A program made the position numbers and the translations under genes. Under the pieces are notes generated by a model. It saw only the letters and a program-made list of their open reading frames with translations. It had not been told where the DNA came from and made no database searches. DNA of 63,888 nt, the filler included, from Pirum gemmata (Eukaryota), in assembly GCA_002812295.1 (NCBI GenBank). It is 19 parts of 19 records of this genome, joined end to end, with 100 filler letters (N's around TTAATTAATTAA, not from the genome) between each part and the next. Parts side by side here need not be neighbours in the genome. Positions count along the whole stretch, not along the records: positions 10,812 to 13,824 come from PDIN01003705.1; positions 13,925 to 16,913 come from PDIN01003706.1; positions 17,014 to 20,033 come from PDIN01003707.1; positions 20,134 to 23,158 come from PDIN01003708.1; positions 23,259 to 26,275 come from PDIN01003709.1; 14 more parts are not named here. One strand, 5' to 3'. This document shows, piece after piece, positions 12,148-25,801 of the stretch (the first letter of the stretch is position 1; every line of letters starts with the position of its first letter).

Positions 12148-13060
12148 TAAACGGAAACCTGGTAGGAAGAAAAAACCAGACGATCAAGCTAGCCCATCAT
12201 CATCAACAGCATCACCACTAACAACAACACCACCAACAACAACAACAACAACAATAATAACAGCAGCAGCAGCAACAACAACAGCAATACCATTGACAAC
12301 TACAACAATATCAACAACAGTAGGAATTACTGCCACTACCACTACCACTAACACTGCTGGTGCTGGTGCTGCTAGTACTCTTACTTCTACTACCTCGCCT
12401 TCTACCACAACAATGCCTGTACCAACTATTACAACAACAATAGCAGAATGTAATGATACACCAACTGAAATAAATGAGAATACTACCAAAACACAAAAAC
12501 AGAACAAACCAACCAATAAAAAACCAAGAACACCTCGAAAAAAAAAGGAGGATAATGAGGAAAACCAATCAACAACAACAGCACCTAAAAAAGATGGTTC
12601 TCCTAGAAAACCAAGGTCTCCTAACAAAAAGAGTGTAAAATCTACGGTTAAAGAAGGCATTGAAAACAGAAAACTACCACCATCATCACCATCACCACTA
12701 ACAGAAAAGGCAACATTAACACCAAAAAAGGAAAAAACACCGAAACCAAAAAAGGAATCAAAACCTAAAAAGGAGTTAACTCCAAAGCCACCTGTTTTTA
12801 ATAAAGATGGTTCTCCTAGAAAACCAAGGTCTCCTAACAAAAAGAGTGTAAAATCTACGGTTAAAGAAGGCATTGAAAACGGAAAACTACCACCATTATC
12901 ACCATTATCACCACCATCACCATCACACCAAGATGCTGGTCAGATTGAAATATCTAAAAAATCACCAAAAACACCTTCTACTCCTAGAAAAAGAACCAAA
13001 AATGATTTAACTGAAGAAAATAAAACTAGTGAAGATGGCAAAAAGATGAAGATAGATTAA
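12148..13060 (+). CDS. Terminal exon of a disordered Thr-rich, Lys/Pro-rich basic protein with AT-hook-like and S/T-P-x-K/R motifs
   Basis: AG acceptor at 12146-12147. The frame is open from 12149 (KRKPGRKKKP...) to TAA at 13060. Internal duplication KDGSPRKPRSPNKKSVKSTVKEGIEN.KLPP and many SPRK/TPKK motifs. Confidence 0.7.
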
Positions 13061-13194
13061 TGAATTGTTGATGAGGATCGCAAAAAGATGAAGATAGATT
13101 AATGAATTGTCGGGTAAAGATTGCAAATATAGATAAAATGTTACTGAATTTACTTTAAAACAGAAGTTGGGAAATATTGAAAACGGAGAACCAC

Positions 13195-13472
13195 ACCACC
13201 ATCACCATCACCATCACCATCACCATCACCATCACCATCTCCATCATCATTATAATCACCCTCACCATCACCATTACCATCGCCATCACCATCACCCTCA
13301 CCATCACCCTCACCATCACCATCACCCTCACCATCACCCTCACCATCACCATGACCATCACCATCACCATGACCATCACTATCACCATCACCATCATTAT
13401 CACCATCACCATCACCATCACCATCACCATCACCATCACCATCACCATCACCATCATGATCATCATCATCAT
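13195..13472. repeat. (CACCAT)n microsatellite
   Basis: Tandem hexamer; it explains the poly-His, TI and MV track ORFs. Confidence 0.95.
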
Positions 13473-13996
13473 TATAAAAGATAATGGAAGATAAATTAGA
13501 TTAATTATTTTGAAAACAGTTGTTTTGTCATAATATTATCATAAAATATACAATAAAAGAGTATCGAATTAATACAATATAAATCCATTTTATTTTTGAT
13601 ATATTTTATTATCTATTTGTTCATTTAAAAATGTACATTTAAAGGTTATAACCCACCAAATAAATATACAGTGACAAACCAAATTATATATAATTTAATA
13701 ACATTAACAATTATGATAATGATAATGATATAAAGAATAGCAATGTAAAAATTATAATAATAATGATAATAATAATGATAACAATATTAACTAAAACAAT
13801 TATAATAACAACAAATTTAAGGGANNNNNNNNNNNNNNNNNNNNNNNNNNNNNNNNNNNNNNNNNNNNTTAATTAATTAANNNNNNNNNNNNNNNNNNNN
13901 NNNNNNNNNNNNNNNNNNNNNNNNTAATAATAGTAATAATAATAATAATAATTTAATAATAACACTAATATTAATACTACTATAATAATAACTTTA

Positions 13997-14033
<37 letters not shown>

Positions 14034-15770
14034 TAAGTGTAATGAATTGCAACAAAAATAATAAAATTCAATTTTTGATTGGCCAGGAATAATAATGATA
14101 ATAATAATAAGACTATAAGTTTAATTAAATAAATAAATAAATAAATAATATAAATAAAAATTAAATGAAATATGATAATTTAATTATCCATTAATTATGT
14201 AGTTATTTGTATAACACTAACAAACTAGCAATAACAACAACATGAATTTAAAATGAATTAAAAAAAGAAATGAAAAAATTGAAATATATGTGAGTTTAAA
14301 AAATTATAATATATTCGGATAAAGTGTACATTGAATGCTGTAGATGTGTTCTTAGAATTTATATTAAACCCCACAAAATATACTTTATTTTTTACAAGGT
14401 TTATTTTGATATCCAAATGACGTTTTAGGCCTGTTTGATTATTATTATTATTTTAAAATTTGTTTACAAAAAAATATTGGCCCGAAAAAAAAAAGGTACC
14501 ATATTACTCGGAGTTACTGGGGCGGAAACTTGGGCCGAAATTGGGGTGGAAATCCTGGTGGTACTCGTGGTGGTAATCGTGGGGGTTGAAGACGGTGGTG
14601 AAACGGGTGAAATAACCATGACGGAAATCGAAGAGGTAATCGTAGAGGTAGAAGACGGAAGTGAAATGTCTTTGACATGACCTTGTACATGTAGTGGAGG
14701 CGAAAACCGGGGGTTGAGGTAGGGGAATACGCCGGGGTAAGGTAAGACGGAAGGGCAGAGAAATGCATTTTCGTCGTTTAGCATTGTAGTTGGGATGGAA
14801 ATTGGGGGTAGAAGACGGAAGGAAAGTGAAATCCTTTTAGACGTTTAAAACATATAGCAATGTAGTCGGGGCAGAGTACAGGGCGGAAATAAAGGGGGTA
14901 GAATACGGTTGTGAATTTCCTTTTCATTGTTTGACATAGCCGTGTAATCAGAGCGGAAATTGGAGTGGAAATCGAGGTGATCTGATAATCATAGAAGACA
15001 GAAGAATGCCGGTGCCTTTTCGTCGTTTTTGTTGGGCAAAATTTGTGCAAAAAACGTGCTCTTTGGGGTTCGGAATTCGAGGTGGAAATGGTGGAAATGG
15101 TGGAGATGGGGGGTTCTCTCGTAGGGTAGAAGATGCAAATAGAGTCTAATTTTCATTAGATACCATCTATATTTCACCCAGCAACTCGACCAGCCGTATT
15201 TATTATGCAAAATGCTTATAATATTCTGCAATAAAAATCTTTTGATAAACAATAATACACGTACAAACCTAGATGTACAAACATGTCTGCACTTTTCAGG
15301 TTTAATTTGATCTTAACAAAATTTAGCTATGAATAGTAGAATCTACTACAATAACAGCTAGCTACTCTAGCTAAAGTCCAGTATTATAGTACACTACTAC
15401 CTGGGTAGTAATATCATTCTGCTAGTATCGTTTATTTCATTACAGTTGTTCTCTCAATCTTTAATTTGGTACTGTTTAAGTGTGCAATTGAACTGGTTTA
15501 TAAAATATAACCTTTTAAGTATAAAATACCAAATTAATTAAAACATGTCTGATAGTTTAATCATAATAACAATTTGGTACATTTATTTCAGTTTTTGAAT
15601 TGTACAACACTATTGGAAAACATGATAATACTATAATACTATCTGATAGTAATAATCCTAACAATACTAATAATACTAATTATAATATTAATATACTACT
15701 AATACTATTAATACTATTACTACTATTGCAACAATTGCTATTATTACTATTATTACTATTATACTAATGA

Positions 15771-15808
<38 letters not shown>

Positions 15809-15813
15809 TTAAA

Positions 15814-15849
<36 letters not shown>

Positions 15850-17013
15850 CACTACTACTATTAATACTACTACTACTACTACTATCACCATCAGATAGAC
15901 TACCAGGGTAATCTACTACTATGTATCAGATACTATCGTGCTTTTCAGTTATTTTGTCATCATAAAATATACAATAAAGATTACCAAATTAATATAATAA
16001 AAATCCATTTCATTTAATTTGGTACACTTTATTATCTATTTATTCAATTTAAAAATGACAATTTAAATATTACTACGAATTAACCAATCGAATAAATATT
16101 CTGAGTGATAATATGAATAAAAAGCACATTACTACTTGTTGAATCAGACTCCTCATCAGAGATGGTCGGACCCAGCTGGAGTCCACTTCACGTTGAGTCC
16201 AGCATGACTTACCAGTAGAGCTAGCCAGTAGAGAACAACCCCCACCCCCCTGTCTAGTAGCTATCGACAGCTAGAGTACTATAAAAAAGACGTCACTTAT
16301 TCTTTGATAAAAGTCATTGCTCGAAAGTGTGACTTCAACTGTTTTAGGCAGTAATTAATTATTCAAGTGAACTTCAAAATTATGACCAAAAGTGTTTTGG
16401 ACAAATTTTAAAGAGGCATGGGTAAGATTAGGTCACGTCCTTTTTGGATGATTCCTTATCATAGTAGTTTCTAGCTACTAGTACCCATGGTAAAGAAGTT
16501 TATCAGATACTATCATAAAATATACAATAAAGAGCACCAAATTAATACAATATAAATCCTTTTCATTTAATGTGGTATATTTTATTTCCCATTTATTCAT
16601 TTAACAATGTCAATTAAAAAATTATAACCAACTAAATAAATAGTCGGAGTGACAAAATCTAGTCTATCTATAGATAGAATCTATAGATAGGTATGGGGGA
16701 AGGGGGGGGGATACTGGCATTGCTGGCCCACGCAATGCTGGGTGGTCGTAGACTCGTTGTAGTCTCGTAGGATGATGTACTGGGTGGATCTACCTGGGGA
16801 GTATAGATTATTAGTTATCATAATATGCATAATATGATATCATATATATATATATTGATAGCTAGCTAGTAGTAGAGTCGGGTTAGGGTTAGGGTTAGGG
16901 TTAGGGTTAGGGTNNNNNNNNNNNNNNNNNNNNNNNNNNNNNNNNNNNNNNNNNNNNTTAATTAATTAANNNNNNNNNNNNNNNNNNNNNNNNNNNNNNN
17001 NNNNNNNNNNNNN

Positions 17014-17048
<35 letters not shown>

Positions 17049-17357
17049 TTATTATTATTATTATTTGACAATTATTTGCTTATTGATTTATAAAAATTTA
17101 ATGCAGTTTTATACATATAGCGGGGTGTCCCGGATCATAATCATAATATTATAATATATATCATACGGTATTCATACCGGTATATCATAATAATATGGTA
17201 GGGGTGGTGGCTATTACACAGGCTAACTATGATATCAATAGTAGCTAAGACTACTAAGCTACTACTAGCTAGTAGTAGTAGTAGCTAGCTAGAGTAGGGA
17301 ACTTTTCTGGCTAGCTAGCTACTAGCTAGCAGAGGATTTAAAAAAATAAAAAAAATA

Positions 17358-17511
17358 GGGGTTAGGGGTTAGGGTTAGGGAGCTGTTATTAGTTAGGGTT
17401 AGGGTTAGGGTTAGGGTTAGGGTTTCTTTAGAAAGGGTTAGGGTTAGGGTTAGGGTTTCTTTAGAAAGGGTTAGGGTTAGGGTTAGGGTTTCTTTAGAAA
17501 GGGTTAGGGTT
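17358..17511 (+). repeat. TTAGGG array with a 30-bp higher-order unit containing TTTCTTTAGAAA
   Basis: (GGGTTA)n interrupted three times by GGGTTTCTTTAGAAA at regular spacing. Confidence 0.9.
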
Positions 17512-17644
17512 ATCAATCTATATAATATAAAAATATGCCTAACTACAAAATTTAAAATACAATATGTCTATATATTACGGCTATATTTGTAAATAATAAA
17601 TAAATATGTGCTCAGTATTAATCAGAGACATGCATGTATCTTTG

Positions 17645-18599
17645 CAGGTGGAGACCTGTTCCACTCCTGTTCCTATCATACTACTCTAGCTAGCTAGCTA
17701 CTGTAACATAGGGATTCATAGCTTCTATGATTGTAGCTATAGTATGATATGCATAGTAGAACTGTAGTAGAGCTGGCTGGGTCTAGCTAGCTAGATAGCT
17801 TGCTCTGAATTATATTGATAATTTGACTAGTAGTATACGTACGCGTAATAGCATGACATTAGTCTTAGCACCCTTTCAATTTGTTGTGTTCAGTCCTCTA
17901 GTTATTGAAAGGTGTAATTTTTATAAATGATATACATATTAATATATGTATTAATATGAGTCACGTATGTATGCGTACTTTACTACTCTGCCAGGTGGAG
18001 ACCTGTCCCTACTACTACTACTAGCGCCTATAGCTACTGTAGCTTCTATCGCATGATAGTAGTAGTAGAGCTGTCTGGAATCCTTCGGCAATGGCCGGGT
18101 CTAGCTAATTAGCCAGCTAGCGCTTAATTATATTGATAATTTGACTAGTAGTAGTATACGTAATACAGCTCGTTTGGTCTTAGCACCCTTTCACTTTGTT
18201 GTGTTCAGTTCATTGGTTATCGAAAGGTGTAAATGATATACATACATGTATTAATATGAGCCATGCATGACATTGTATGTATACGTATACGTACTTTGCT
18301 ACTCTGCCAGAATGATGGAGACCAGTCCCTACTAGTCTACTACTACTAGCTACTAGCTAGCTAGACTACTACCAGCTAGATCTAGCTACTGTAATTCTAC
18401 TGTAGCTTCTATGACTATGATAGTTAGAGCTGTCCGGACTCACTCAGCAAAGGCTGGGTCTAGCTACTAGTAGCTAGCGCTGAATTTTATTGATAATTTG
18501 ACTAGTAGTTGTATACGTAATAGGATAGTATTAGAACTGTATTAGCCTTAGTACCCTTTCAATTTGGTGTGTTCAGTCCATTAGTTATTGAAAGGTGTA
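17645..18599 (-). repeat. Three tandem ~315-350-bp units contiguous with the LINE 3' end
   Basis: Units start at 17645, 17992 and 18308 (CAGGTGGAGACC...). Each ends in CTTAG(C/T)ACCCTTTCA.TT.GTGTTCAGT...TATTGAAAGGTGTA. Confidence 0.85.
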
Positions 18600-19321
18600 T
18601 TGCTTTTCTGTCGTTTTGGTTGTTTCTGTCGTTGCTGGTTTGCTATCAATATTGTTGTGGTCTTCATATTGCGGCTGATACCATTGGGGTGATAAGAACG
18701 AGGTAGTTCAATTATTGGATTTTTAACGAGTTAACGTTGTTGCTTGGTTTAAATAATTGCAATTTTGTACTAATTCTAATAATCTGTCTCAATCGTTGAT
18801 TGAGCTGTTAGATTATGTAATATTGGTAGTGATTAGTCTCATTGCTTTGTTTTGTATTACTTGAAGATATTTTCTTTAATATCCGTTGGTGACATCATGA
18901 GATCATTAGGATGCTTATTGTTGAGTAAACGGAAACAAAACGCGCTAGCGCATTAACATTAATGATTTATATGTTCGCGGAAGTGTAATCAGATTTAGCA
19001 CCCCAGTTTGTACAATGTGGCATGTTTCTTTCCGTCTAAACATACAGGCTTGTTGTTTAGTTGAACTGAGATTTGGGATAGTTGGTATTAATATTGGATT
19101 GGTTTATCATTGATTATTAGAAAGTGAGTTTTTGTTATGCTTATTTTTGTATACCATATTATGTCCATCCAATGTTGTGTTTGGTTGAGTGCTAGCTGAA
19201 TGTCCTCTTGAGTTTGTTTTGGGGTGGCTTGGGTGGTAAAAAATCCAAAAGTTGCTTTATCTACGAAGGGTGTTGATTGCATTTTCGATTTAATTATAAG
19301 TTGAACGGTGGACCATGTCAT
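18545..19321 (-). mobile_element. Decayed 5'-truncated non-LTR retrotransposon (Jockey/I-like RT C-terminal region)
   Basis: Frameshifted minus-strand motifs occur in canonical order: FVDKAT (YADD equivalent), IQLALNQTQHWM...W.TKISITKTHFLII, CLDGK, LHFREHINH (18962-18988) and LQVIQNKAMRLIT (18829-18866). Confidence 0.8.
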
Positions 19322-19684
19322 GGTTAGTGGTTAGCATTTTATAGTAAAAATACATATAATAAAATAATAATAATAATAATAATGTATAAATTTTATTGTT
19401 TTTTTTTTTTGAAAAACATCGTAGAACCAGCCACGTTTAAATAGTGCTTAAATACTGTTTAAAAAATTCATATAATTACAGCCATTCAAAGTTTTAATTT
19501 TTTTTTTAAAAAAACTAATAATTTTTTTTTTTAAAAAAAAAAGATTTTATCAGCCTATACTATTACCATACTAATTATGTACAAATATAATAATATATAA
19601 TATAATTGGACCAATAATTATATTATATTATACTATTTATAAAATTCATTTTTTATATATTGCATCCAATTCAGTTTGAGATAG

Positions 19685-19918
19685 TCATATTACATGACTT
19701 TGTCTGTGTTTTACTGCATGACTTGCTAATCTTTGTCTGCGTGCTAAATCACGTGCACGTTTCTCTTGTATATTTAGATGGGCGGGTTTGACATTTTTAA
19801 CAGGGCTGAATGCAGAAGAAGAGGCCACAAGAGGGGTTTGTTGTGCGGCTTTGACTTGAAATTGACGAGCACCATTAAACTGTGCTGTTCTGATTATGGC
19901 TTGGCGAAATGCAAACAT
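19685..19918 (-). CDS. Small basic protein (77 aa) with mitochondrial-presequence-like N-terminus
   Basis: ATG-initiated, GC-richer island in AT-rich flanks. The N-terminal ~45 aa are Arg/Ala/Ser-rich with no acidic residues. No family recognised. Confidence 0.55.
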   Translation of the reverse strand: MFAFRQAIIRTAQFNGARQFQVKAAQQTPLVASSSAFSPVKNVKPAHLNIQEKRARDLARRQRLASHAVKHRQSHVI

Positions 19919-20487
19919 TTTCTCAATTATTTTTTTAAAAAAAATAATATAATAATAGTATGCGGAGGAGGAAAAAAAAATTATTTGTTTTTTTTTAGTT
20001 AATATTGAGTTGCTTTTATTATTATTATTATTANNNNNNNNNNNNNNNNNNNNNNNNNNNNNNNNNNNNNNNNNNNNTTAATTAATTAANNNNNNNNNNN
20101 NNNNNNNNNNNNNNNNNNNNNNNNNNNNNNNNNAATAATAATAATAATGATGATGATAATGATAACTAGTGTGAACTGTACCTCCCCGCTCATACCCTCC
20201 GTTTTGTCACCTGACTATTAGTTCACCCTATTAATTAAAATTATAGAATATTCTGGTTGTTTTGTTTTTTTAATTATTTTAATTATTATATTTTTTTATT
20301 ACATTATTAATATTTTTAACTTGAAAAAGGTATACTATATATATAGAGCATAATTTTTCGTCATTTTATATTTTGTGATCTAAAACAAAAATAACTCAAA
20401 ATAATCATTAAGTTTCCCATTTAAAATTTTATTTAGCATTGAATTTTCAGAACCCGGTAAACTTCACCAATAATAAACAATAATAAT

Positions 20488-20856
20488 TTAATTCAGGTAA
20501 GTATAAACCACAGAAACTGTTAATAAAGCCATGGAAACAGCAACTTTATTACTATCATTACCATTACAATTAGGATCATGTTTTCTTGCTTCTGCAGGTA
20601 CATTTTGGCAATAGCTGGTATCTGCTTTGTGGACACCTGACCATCCATTACAATATGATACGTATTTTATAGAAGATGGTTCAATTTTTTCGCAAACATC
20701 GTTCTGACTACCAGTGTATGTCTTATGCGGGCCAGTGTAATCTTTACAATCAGGAACATGTTGTAAAGCTGATGAGTCAACATATTCACAATAACTTGGG
20801 GAAGCGTTTGCCGAAACAGCGGCGATAAGAGTAGTAGCAACGATTGTGTTAAACAT
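20488..20856 (-). CDS. Small secreted Cys-repeat protein, probably GPI-anchored (122 aa)
   Basis: Signal peptide MFNTIVATTLIAAVSANA, three C-x12-C repeats (e.g. CEYVDSSALQHVPDC, CEKIEPSSIKYVSYC, CQNVPAEARKHDPNC) and a hydrophobic C-terminal tail. Confidence 0.85.
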   Translation of the reverse strand: MFNTIVATTLIAAVSANASPSYCEYVDSSALQHVPDCKDYTGPHKTYTGSQNDVCEKIEPSSIKYVSYCNGWSGVHKADTSYCQNVPAEARKHDPNCNGNDSNKVAVSMALLTVSVVYTYLN

Positions 20857-21087
20857 GATTATTATTATTATATATAATTTAATTTAATTTATTAATTAAA
20901 TTTTGTTGTTTATTTGTTTATTTGTTTGTTTGTTTGTTTGTTTGTTTGTTTGTTTGTTTGTTTGTTTGTTTGTTTGTTTGTTTGTTTTTAAAAAAAAATT
21001 GATGGGCTTTTATAATGGTTTTATCGTCATTGTTATTTTACATATTTATTTTCGTTATGTTTCAGTTTCTTTTCCCTATTTTTTTTT

Positions 21088-21152
<65 letters not shown>

Positions 21153-21375
21153 ATCATTATTAATTATTGATATTACTATTATTAGTATATTATTTTTTGA
21201 ATTGTTTTTATTACGTATATATTTTTTTAATTTATTTTTTAGGGTTAGTGTTAATTAAGGTTTGGGTTAGGGAGTGTTAGGGGTAATTAAGGAGTGTTAG
21301 GGTTAGGATTAGGGTTAGGATCAAAAATATATATATATATAATAAAAAATAAGAAAAATAAACTATACAACTAAA

Positions 21376-22360
21376 GTAATAGTAATAATAATAAAAATAA
21401 CAGCAACAGCAACAATAGCTGCAACAACGTCAACAACGTCAACAACGTCAACAACGTCAACAACAACGTTAATAACATTAACAATATTATTATAATTTAC
21501 AACATTAAAACAACAACAACAACAACAACAACAGCAGCAGCAGTAGCATCTATAGCTACTACTACTACCCCTTCGTACTAGTCTACTACTACAACAACAT
21601 TAACAACAATATTAAAACAACAGCAGCAGTAGCAACAGTAACTATAGCTACTTCCACTACCCCTACATACTAGTCTACTAGTAGTCTACTACTACTACTA
21701 CAAATACCATTCATTGCATATACTAGTACTACTACTACTAATACTATTTTTACTACTACTAATACTACCACTATTACTACTACTACTACTACTACTCTAG
21801 CTAGCTACTACTACTAGTTTTACTACTACTATTAATACTATTCTATATATAGCTACTACCATATATATAACTACTATTACTGCCACCACAACTATTACGT
21901 AGACTATAGCACTACTATAATAATAGAGCTAGCTGCTACTACTACTACTACTACTAGTACTAGTACTACTACTACTATTAATACTATTAATACTAACACT
22001 ACCCACTACTATTACTACTACTATATATAGCTACTACTACTACCACTATATACATTTATAGCTACTACTATATAACTACTATTACCACCACCACAACTAT
22101 TAAGTATACTATTAATAATTACTAGCTATAATATAGTCCTACAATTACTACGTATACTATAGCTATTACAGACTTTACTACTATATATAACGGATACTAG
22201 GTATAGTACTAGTATTACTACTGTATTACTACAACTACGTATATTATAGCTATATATATTACAACTAGTTATATAAAAAGAATAATAAGTATAATACTAC
22301 GTATATATACTATAATAATATTTTATAATAGAATTTATAATAATAATAATAATAATAATA
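21376..22360. repeat. Compound low-complexity microsatellite (CAA/CAG/CTA/TAA)
   Basis: About 1 kb of degenerate trinucleotide repeats. Confidence 0.85.
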
Positions 22361-23948
22361 TATATAATATATAGATAAACAGTTGTAAATTATTATGCAT
22401 AATCATGCGAAACGAAACAGACGATTTTTTTTTTGTTTTGTATTTTTTTATTTTTTGGACTGACTTGCAATAATTGTTCTTTTTAAAAATTAATTAATTA
22501 GCTAGCTAGCTAGCTAGCTAGTAGCTACACTCTACAGCTACAATAATGATATAGCACTATGATAATATTATCATAGTATCGATTGATACATGAATATGAC
22601 TTATTAGTGTAAGGGTTTGTTTTCGTAACGTTTTCATTAGCTACACTGATAATAAGTAAATTACCTATAATTGGCTGTAATGCTCTTTAACAGGCTTTAT
22701 TGACAAATAGGACATTTGTAAGTGAGCAGTAAAACACGAGTAAAACAAAGCTATAAAGGATAAAAAAGCCAAAAGTTGTTTTTGAGCCTGGGTTACCAGT
22801 AATATGATGAGGTAAAATGACATACACCTTGGATACATGACGAATCCGGATCCCTCTTTAGAATAGACGAATCCCTACTTAATTATGGGATTATGATAGT
22901 TATTTGGTTATTGGTACTGCGGCGGTACTACTGCCGGTATAGGGTATAGCTAGTAGATTATCACGATATTTTTTTTTATTTTAGACGAATAAAACTGTAG
23001 AAATCATATTTTTAAAAAAAAAAAATTTTAATTTTTTAAAAAAAAATACACTTACTTTTTTCCGGGCCTAAAAATTAATGTATTTTTCTTATATTTTTTT
23101 TGAGTTAAAAATTATTTCATCCAATAGACTATTGGTATCAATGGATTCGTTTCGAAAANNNNNNNNNNNNNNNNNNNNNNNNNNNNNNNNNNNNNNNNNN
23201 NNTTAATTAATTAANNNNNNNNNNNNNNNNNNNNNNNNNNNNNNNNNNNNNNNNNNNNTATATTGAAAATATATTAAAGTTTATTTCTAATATTAACGAG
23301 TTTGTAAATTCACGATATTTAGTACTTTTCATTCCTATCTTTTTCTTGTATGCCTTTACACCACTCCTTATAAAGGTGGCTGTGAATTTTTTTCAAACAC
23401 TGTATTATATATTGAAAGAGAGAGAAAGCAAGTATTGTGGTTTTCATTCTTTGTAAGACTATTATAGATTATTATTTTTATTTTTAAAATTAATTTGATA
23501 TCGATACTCTTTATTGTACATATTTCGTGATTATGATACAAAAAAAGAACTGAACTATAAAATTTTTGCAATCTAAAAAAACTCTAAAAAAGATGGAAAA
23601 ATACCTTTGTAATAATAAATTTTGATAAGAATAAAATAAACAGGATAAGAAAAATTGTAAATAAAAACAAAAAGAAAATTAAACAAAGAAGTAAAAGAAA
23701 CAAAAAAACAAAAACAATAATAATAATTTAAAATAAAAAAGCACAACGAAATACAAAAAGTCAAAATAATAATAATAAAAAAAGAGATAACTTAATTAAC
23801 ACTGTACTGCTTTACTATTTTACAATCAATAATAAAAAATATAATAACATAAATTTGAAAATACTTCACCATTTAGCAACAGAAAAGATAGGTATACTAT
23901 ATTTATTATAATACTGGTAATAAAATATAATCAGAATTTTTTGTAATA

Positions 23949-24922
23949 ATGACAGAAAAAAAGATGGGAACTGTTTTTATTGATACAATAACAAAGTACA
24001 TTGGGACTCACTATGAATTCGCTTTACATGGTTATATTGATGTATACGAATATATAAACGGTTGCTTTTTACAACTAAGCGAGAATATTGAGAATGAGAT
24101 TCAGTTGAAAATTAAGCTTTCTATTTATGATAAAAACAGAAAGTTATTAAAATCGTACGAAGAACCCAATAAATATTCTTTGGTGGTAAACAAGTTGGAT
24201 GGGGATGGGTAAAGTTTTTAGACTCCGTTATCGAATCGAAAAAGTTAGATATAAATAAAACATTTTATATAGCTGTTGAACTTAATGCTTTTAATAATGA
24301 TAGAATAGAAGAAAATAATGATAAAGAAAAAAAGGAAATGTATTGCTCTAAATTTGTTCTAGTCACTCAAAGCCCATATCTTAAAACTATGTTTTCCATA
24401 AACACGAAAGAAAAAAAATTAGTAAAAACTAAAGGACCTATAATTATTGGCGATTGCAATTGCTCTTATAAAGCAGCTTTTTTAGTTTTGAGATACATTC
24501 ACTGTGGTTTGCGTAGTATTACTTTCGAAGAAAACACAAATGTTGATCTTTGACAGTGTATTCAGTTAATTGAACTTTACGACATTCTGAATTTGAAAGT
24601 TTATTTTGAAAGTGAATTAATCAAAAAACTCGAATTGAATATGGATAATTGGGCCAAAAATTATTTTGAGTTTGTTCATTTCTGCAAAGCTCATGCTGCT
24701 CATAACCTTTTTAAATTGTGGGAAATCATAAGAACGTTTGTCATCAGGAATCCCGTGTCAAATTCGCCAGGATTTAGTAAGCTAACATCATTATTAGGTA
24801 ATGATCATATGGTTATGAAAGAATTTATAACTACTTATTATAAAATTACTATCCCAAAAAAGTGCATAACATGGAACTTGAAACAATACAGTATTAATAT
24901 ATATCAATATATATTGTATTAA
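23949..24922 (+). pseudogene. MATH-BTB (SPOP-like) pseudogene
   Basis: A frameshift at ~24185-24195 restores the MATH motif GWGWVKF in frame with the BTB motifs (CSKFVLVTQSPYLKTMFS, FLVLRYIHCG). One in-frame TGA at 24551-24553 precedes IELYDILNLKVYFESEL. Confidence 0.8.
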
Positions 24923-24949
24923 TACTGACATTATTATTATTATTGCCCC

Positions 24950-24995
<46 letters not shown>

Positions 24996-25134
24996 GGTGG
25001 AAAAAGACTAATTTTATGTAAACCTTCTACAAACTTGTTAATAATTTTATTAAATAAATTTATATTGTTCCAAACAATCATAACATCTCATTTTTCATTT
25101 TGGAAAGTTACAAAATTTTATTTTATTTTTTTCA

Positions 25135-25181
<47 letters not shown>

Positions 25182-25438
25182 TTTTTGTTTTTTTTTTTTT
25201 TTCATTAAAAAATTCTTAAAAATTCTTAGAAATTTCAGTGAAATTTCATAGAAAAATTTGAAACTCGAAAAAAAAAAAAAATCTCATTTCAAAATTGTCA
25301 CTATTTAATAATTAAGATCGAGTTGTTTGATTCTATTATGTTTTCCCGCATCTCCTTTTATTTTATTTTACCTTTCTCTCGTTTTCTTTCTTTTTTATTA
25401 TGATTATTATGATTATGATTATTATTATTATTACTGGT

Positions 25439-25474
<36 letters not shown>

Positions 25475-25801
25475 ATATCATTTTTTTATTTTCTATTTTT
25501 TTCTATCAAAAATGTAGAAATCATTTTTTTTAAAAAACTTCTTTTCTAAAAACCTTTAATGCTAACTAGCCAAATTATTTTTTAAAAACTAGCCATTGGT
25601 TCATAATAGAGTTTTCTTAGTTAGATGATTTCTCAAACTTTGGTAGTACTTTTATTAAAATTGTATCATTTTGAGATTTTTTGGATTTTGAGCTCATATG
25701 GCGGATGTTGCTATTTTTATCCTGCTTTAAGGGTTAGGGTTAGGGTTAGGGTTTGCTTAAATTAAAAACAAAGTTTCCATCTTTTATTTTAAAACTCACT
25801 T

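Noticed and set aside
13155..13494. Poly-His, poly-TI and poly-MV ORFs, and similar NP, LW, poly-S/V/D, CV and FVCL ORFs elsewhere
   Set aside because: They are translations of microsatellites.
14435..15252. Pro-rich or GC-rich overlapping ORFs
   Set aside because: No frame stays open. The DNA consists of degenerate internal repeats (GTAGAAGACGGAA, GGAAATTGGGG) and is more likely a repeat remnant.
1..16913. Gene-sized nanochromosomes capped by telomeres
   Set aside because: Repeat orientation at contig ends is inconsistent (e.g. CCCTAA at the right end 7459-7610 and TTAGGG at the left end 10812). Many arrays are internal or intronic.
18400..18480. Possible hammerhead ribozyme in the LINE-associated repeat
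   Set aside because: CTGAGTGAG does not fit the CUGANGA...GAAA core and is not conserved in the other two units.
24551..24553. Stop-codon reassignment (in-frame TGA in the BTB gene)
   Set aside because: The same gene also has a frameshift. TGA, TAA and TAG each end apparently intact genes here, and TGG encodes Trp.
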